64,000 bases of DNA, from positions 35,809-99,808 of the forward strand of contig JAAESD010000232.1 in assembly GCA_024229695.1 (NCBI GenBank), written 5' to 3'. The stretch's first letter is position 1. The number at the start of each line of letters is the position of its first letter. Under the pieces are notes generated by a model that was given only the letters and a program-made list of their open reading frames with translations, ran no database searches and was not told where the DNA came from. This document shows, piece after piece, positions 60,324-64,000 of this stretch. The translations under genes were made by a program, and so were the position numbers. The DNA is from a bacterium. GTDB taxonomy: Bacteria > Krumholzibacteriota > Krumholzibacteriia > LZORAL124-64-63.

Positions 60324-60340
60324 CTGGCGCACATTCTGCA
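60324..60340 (+). promoter_or_regulatory. Candidate sigma-54 (-24/-12) promoter: TGGCGCA-N4-CTGCA
   Basis: The sequence ctggcgcacattctgcaagc has the GG and GC dinucleotides at the canonical 10-nt spacing, close to the TGGCACG-N4-TTGCW consensus. It lies about 35 nt upstream of the regulator start. Confidence 0.4.
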
Positions 60341-60344
60341 AGCT

Positions 60345-60369
60345 GTTACTCCTTTACATAAGGAGTAAC
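60345..60369 (+). promoter_or_regulatory. Perfect 10-bp inverted repeat that sequesters the SD sequence: gttactcctt-tacat-aaggagtaac
   Basis: Read directly from the sequence. The right arm contains the SD sequence AAGGAG and lies 3 nt upstream of the TTG start at 60373. Confidence 0.5.
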
Positions 60370-60372
60370 CTA

Positions 60373-61869
60373 TTGACAAACGGCACAAAATTTCTCCAAT
60401 CGGAGTTACAAAGCTTTCCATCTAGTTCCAGTCCTGTAGCAATTTGGGTTGTAAAAAAATCTGGAAACGGTACAGATACAACACTTCATCAATTAATTGG
60501 CGAAGTACTGGGAGGAGTAGGCAATCAACCGCAGCCGGCACCTCCAATGAATAAGCTTTTGGCAATTATTGGGAAAAAGAAACTTAAAATCACAATCAAT
60601 AAAAGTAGTTCGATTAAATATTGGGTTAGTCCGATTGGCACAACCGGAGCAGTAGCACTGCAGTACAGGAGTGATAGCTCGTGGTGTGATGCAATTGAAT
60701 TCTGGGCTGACAAATTTACTTCGAAAATAAGCATTATCTTTGAAGAATTATCTCAAAATGTAACTCATGACCTGATTGCAGAACACCACCGTCGACAACA
60801 AAAAGAGCTCTTTGATCCAAAAAATTATGAGTCGACAGGGAAGACTCGTATCCCTGTATATTTGCCGCGTAGAACGGAATTGCCAGAACCCGAATTTATT
60901 GATGGTGCACCAGGTATTGTTGGAGTTTCCAGGGAGATATGTGAGGCTTGTTCAACAGCAATTAGTATCGCAACAAGCGATGTCAATGTTCTATTGAAAG
61001 GTGATAGTGGTACAGGCAAGGAGCTGTTTGCGAAATTGATTCATCAGCGAAGCCTGCGGAGCCAGCAAGTTATGGTTGGAGTAAACTGTGCCTCTTTGCC
61101 GGAATCACTTTTTGAAAGTGAGATATTTGGCCATAAATCAGGTTCATTTACAGGTGCGGTTGGTGACAAAACCGGTTTATTGGAATCAGCAAATGGCGGC
61201 ATATTTTTCCTTGATGAGATTGGGGATATGCCTATTAACATGCAGATAAAATTATTAAGAGTAATCCAGGAAAAAAAGTTGCGAAGAATAGGAGAGCTAC
61301 AAGATAGGGAAATCGATGTCAGAATTATTTCAGCGTCCCACAAGAATCTTCAAGAGGAAATTGTGCAGAGCAAATTCCGGCTTGATTTATACTATCGACT
61401 AATGGTAGTGCAGGTTTCAATACCATCATTGAGGCATAGACCAGAAGATATTATTTATTTGCTATCTTATTTTTTACAACAAAATCGTGGTCAACAACAC
61501 AGAACTGAAATTGAGGAAGAAGCACTTTATGCGCTGCAGTCATATCAATGGCCTGGCAATGTGAGAGAGCTGGAGAATGAAACCAGAAGATGGTGCGCAC
61601 TAAATAGAGACAGCAGCTGTATAAAGCTGGAGCAATTATCATTAGAGGTTCAAAAAGCAGCAGGCAGGGATGTCGAGGCTCATGACCTGGTTAGCTTGAG
61701 ACCCTTGACCGAAGCAACAGAACTGCTTGAAAGGTATCTGATTCGCAAGGCAATTGCCGCATCATGTGGTAGCAAAACAATCGCTGCAAAACAGTTAGGT
61801 ATGTCCAGACAGGGATTGTATAAAAAAATAAGACGATTTGACATGTCTGACCTATTGCAAACAAGTTGA
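60373..61869 (+). CDS. Sigma-54-dependent transcriptional activator (AAA+ domain plus Fis-type helix-turn-helix) with a non-receiver N-terminal domain
   Basis: Walker A (GDSGTGKE), GAFTGA (GSFTGA), the ESELFGH motif and a C-terminal helix-turn-helix are present. The first ~170 aa carry no receiver Asp signature. Confidence 0.8.
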   Translation: MTNGTKFLQSELQSFPSSSSPVAIWVVKKSGNGTDTTLHQLIGEVLGGVGNQPQPAPPMNKLLAIIGKKKLKITINKSSSIKYWVSPIGTTGAVALQYRSDSSWCDAIEFWADKFTSKISIIFEELSQNVTHDLIAEHHRRQQKELFDPKNYESTGKTRIPVYLPRRTELPEPEFIDGAPGIVGVSREICEACSTAISIATSDVNVLLKGDSGTGKELFAKLIHQRSLRSQQVMVGVNCASLPESLFESEIFGHKSGSFTGAVGDKTGLLESANGGIFFLDEIGDMPINMQIKLLRVIQEKKLRRIGELQDREIDVRIISASHKNLQEEIVQSKFRLDLYYRLMVVQVSIPSLRHRPEDIIYLLSYFLQQNRGQQHRTEIEEEALYALQSYQWPGNVRELENETRRWCALNRDSSCIKLEQLSLEVQKAAGRDVEAHDLVSLRPLTEATELLERYLIRKAIAASCGSKTIAAKQLGMSRQGLYKKIRRFDMSDLLQTS

Positions 61870-61889
61870 CTTGAAGCTATGTTCTGCAG

Positions 61890-63431
61890 ATGAAAAATAC
61901 ATTTGCAGCAACAAAATCATTAATATCTTTCCCTGATTTTCTCAGCCTTTTGGCGGGATTTATTGCAACTGTCGCAATGCCACCATACCAAGTCTATGGC
62001 TGGGTGATATTGCCATCTCTTGCGTTATTTATTTATGCTCTTTCGTTAAGCAAAAAACCTGCAAAATCTGCTTTTTTGTTCGGCGTTGCCCACCAGGCCT
62101 CTCTTTTGCAGTGGCTGTTTTTTCTTATACCAGAAGCATCGATTTCGTACCGTTGGATGATTCCGATGGCTGGTTCGCTGGTGGTTGTCTATGTATCAAT
62201 GTTCTATTTATTGTTTGGTCTGTCTTACAGAATTGTCAGGAATCGATTTGGTGGCACTGTAGCCTTATTGTCGATGCCTGTTTTATGGGTTGGTATGGAA
62301 TTGTGGCGATCGGTTGGGGAGATGGGATTCCCGTGGTGCTTAACCGGAGCTTCCGCTTTAACATTCCCAAAACTCTTCCCGATAGTTTCAGTTACTGGAG
62401 AGCTTGGGCTTGGTTTTATATTATTCACAACTGCATTGTTTTTAGTTTCGCTGTTCAAGAAAAACAGAACAGTAATGGCGTTCTGCAGTATCACCGTTTC
62501 CCTGCTACTAATTGTTTCAGTTTTTGTTGCCAATAAGCAGCCCCCGGTTCAAGAGACAGATTCAATTCGAATATCTGCTGTGCAAGCCAATGTGTCATTG
62601 AAAGACAAGTGGGATCCAGAGAAGGTCGATGCCTCTATAGAGCCATACACTTTATTGACCGAAGATGCTGTTGCTGATTCAGCAGAGCTGATAGTTTGGG
62701 CTGAAACTGCAGTACCTGCATTTTTGCGTTATGACAGAGAGAAACTCAAGTGGATTAAAAGTCTCTCTGACAGTAATGATGTTTTTCTCTATGCAGGTTT
62801 TCCCGATGCTTCCAGAAACAGTGACGGCGAGATGGATCGATTCAACGGTTCTGGATTATTTACTCCTGACGGAAAGATATTAGCCAGATATTCTAAACAC
62901 CACCTGTTGCCTTTTGGTGAAAGAATGCCTTTTCAGTCACTGATTCCATGGCTGGGTAAAATGGATTTTGGACAGGCAGAATGGATTCCTGGCAACAAAC
63001 CTGAGGGGATTGCTGTTCCTGGTACCAATGCAGTTGTATCCGGGTTGATTTGTTTTGAATCAATATTTTCCAGTCTGGTTGGAATGACTGAAAAAAGTGG
63101 TACAAATATTCTGGTGAACATTACAAACGATGGCTGGTTTGGCAAAAGAGCTGGTCCTGTTCAACACGCTGAGTTAGCCAGATTGCGTTCTGTTGAGTAT
63201 GGGATGCCACTGGTCAGATGTGCCAACAACGGGATGAGCTATATCTGTGACAATAAAGGTATTATTGTTGAAGAATTGCCGCTGTATGTTCAGGGCGTAA
63301 TCACAGCCGATGTTTTCCCGGCAAGCCGCAAATCATATTTTGCCACACACGGGTATAAGCCTTTGTCGATAGTTATAATCGTCTGGATTTTTGCTTCAGC
63401 AGTACTTGATTTAAGGAGGAGAAATGCCTGA
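61890..63431 (+). CDS. lnt: Apolipoprotein N-acyltransferase
   Basis: An N-terminal multi-transmembrane region is followed by a CN-hydrolase domain (LIVWAETAVPAF, ICFESIF). Confidence 0.85.
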   Translation: MKNTFAATKSLISFPDFLSLLAGFIATVAMPPYQVYGWVILPSLALFIYALSLSKKPAKSAFLFGVAHQASLLQWLFFLIPEASISYRWMIPMAGSLVVVYVSMFYLLFGLSYRIVRNRFGGTVALLSMPVLWVGMELWRSVGEMGFPWCLTGASALTFPKLFPIVSVTGELGLGFILFTTALFLVSLFKKNRTVMAFCSITVSLLLIVSVFVANKQPPVQETDSIRISAVQANVSLKDKWDPEKVDASIEPYTLLTEDAVADSAELIVWAETAVPAFLRYDREKLKWIKSLSDSNDVFLYAGFPDASRNSDGEMDRFNGSGLFTPDGKILARYSKHHLLPFGERMPFQSLIPWLGKMDFGQAEWIPGNKPEGIAVPGTNAVVSGLICFESIFSSLVGMTEKSGTNILVNITNDGWFGKRAGPVQHAELARLRSVEYGMPLVRCANNGMSYICDNKGIIVEELPLYVQGVITADVFPASRKSYFATHGYKPLSIVIIVWIFASAVLDLRRRNA

Positions 63432-64000
63432 TCCTGTCAATACTATTGTATTGCTGTCTGGGAGTGGTCGTACTCTTGAAAATCTGATTGATAAAATTTC
63501 CTCAGAAAATCTGCCAATTAATATTAATGCTGTGGTTTCAAGTCGAAAAGATGTCAGAGGATTAGAAGTAGCTGAAGCAGCAAATATCGACACAAATATT
63601 TTTCAGCGTAAAAAGTACTCATCTGTAGCTGAACACAACAAGGCAATTAACAACTGGATTTCTCCATATGAACCTGAGCTGATTCTATTGGCAGGGTATC
63701 TTTGTTTCTATCATTTGCCTGAGTGGTTCAAAGGTATTGCTCTGAATATTCATCCTGCATTGCTGCCAAAATATGGTGGCAAAGGATTTTACGGCGACCG
63801 AGTTCATCGGGCTGTGCTGGATAATAATGATGCAGTAACCGGGTGCACTGTGCATCATGTAACTGATGAATATGATGCAGGTTCAATTGTCGCTCAGAGA
63901 GAAGTTTCGGTGTTACCTGGAGATGATATCGATACATTAGCTGCGCGTGTTTTCGACGCTGAATGTAAATTGTATCCTGAAGCTATCAGAAAAGTAATTG
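63424..64000 (+). CDS. purN: Phosphoribosylglycinamide formyltransferase, 3'-partial (runs off the window end)
   Basis: The segments TIVLLSGSGRTLENLI, IHPALLPKYGG and CTVHHVTDEYDAGSIVAQ are present. The SD sequence aaggagga lies before the ATG at 63424. Confidence 0.85.
   Translation, partial: MPDPVNTIVLLSGSGRTLENLIDKISSENLPININAVVSSRKDVRGLEVAEAANIDTNIFQRKKYSSVAEHNKAINNWISPYEPELILLAGYLCFYHLPEWFKGIALNIHPALLPKYGGKGFYGDRVHRAVLDNNDAVTGCTVHHVTDEYDAGSIVAQREVSVLPGDDIDTLAARVFDAECKLYPEAIRKVI

Noticed and set aside
1552-60372. tRNA, tmRNA, RNase P and SRP RNA genes in the longer intergenic regions (1552-1807, 25471-25846, 57526-57754, 60125-60372)
   Set aside because: No GTTCGAATCC-type T-loop, CCA-proximal acceptor stems or other hallmark conserved blocks were found by eye.
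1-64000. CRISPR arrays, IS elements, integrases and prophage genes
   Set aside because: There are no regularly spaced direct repeats and no transposase or integrase-like ORFs. The only tandem repeat is coding (1351-1473).

Overview
Nearly every gene in this window is on the + strand. The 64-kb window is chromosomal DNA from a Gram-negative bacterium at roughly 42% GC, most likely from the Fibrobacteres-Chlorobi-Bacteroidetes (FCB) supergroup. Four proteins end in type IX secretion system (T9SS) C-terminal sorting domains, there is one PorV/PorQ-family outer-membrane protein, a sigma-54 activator, a short primary-type sigma factor, and promoters of the classic TTGACA/TATAAT type.

Most of the window is a co-directional housekeeping array: hisS, aspS, phoH/7TM-HD hydrolase/ybeY/corC, mgtE, recO, glyQS, ppdK, arcC, purD/E/M/N, tsaC/LMW-PTP/rpiB/glyA, nrdR, tatC, ispB-like, rsfS, argS and lnt. 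Many of these genes are coupled through 4-nt ATGA/GTGA overlaps.

Three accessory islands carry large secreted proteins of unknown function.

- **1823-5936:** an M6 (InhA-like) metalloprotease homologue in which the HEXXH zinc motif appears to be replaced, fused to FG-GAP repeats and a T9SS sorting domain. A PorV/PorQ-like beta-barrel is encoded directly downstream.
- **25847-36736:** a terminator-bounded block of four giant secreted proteins. Two are T9SS cargos, one of them rich in BNR/Asp-box repeats, and two are paralogous lipoproteins built from a repeated W-G-D-(P)DG-I/V motif module.
- **39568-45543:** a two-transmembrane von Willebrand A (VWA) membrane protein, a tandem lamin-tail-domain (LTD) T9SS cargo and two secreted hypothetical proteins.

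Other points of note:

- The argS gene has a non-canonical HIGH motif (LNVVSAR).
- A sigma-54-type promoter and a hairpin that sequesters the Shine-Dalgarno (SD) sequence lie in front of a sigma-54 activator that lacks a receiver domain.
- The intergenic region 57526-57754 holds a Trp-rich 14-codon mini-ORF.
- A 5'-truncated gene encodes a DUF4384-like domain followed by a Tyr/Trp-rich low-complexity region and a basic Ser/Lys-repeat tail built on 45-bp tandem DNA repeats.

No rRNA, tRNA, CRISPR array, transposase or prophage signature was seen. Every product call rests on motif recognition from the translated ORFs; no database searches were run.
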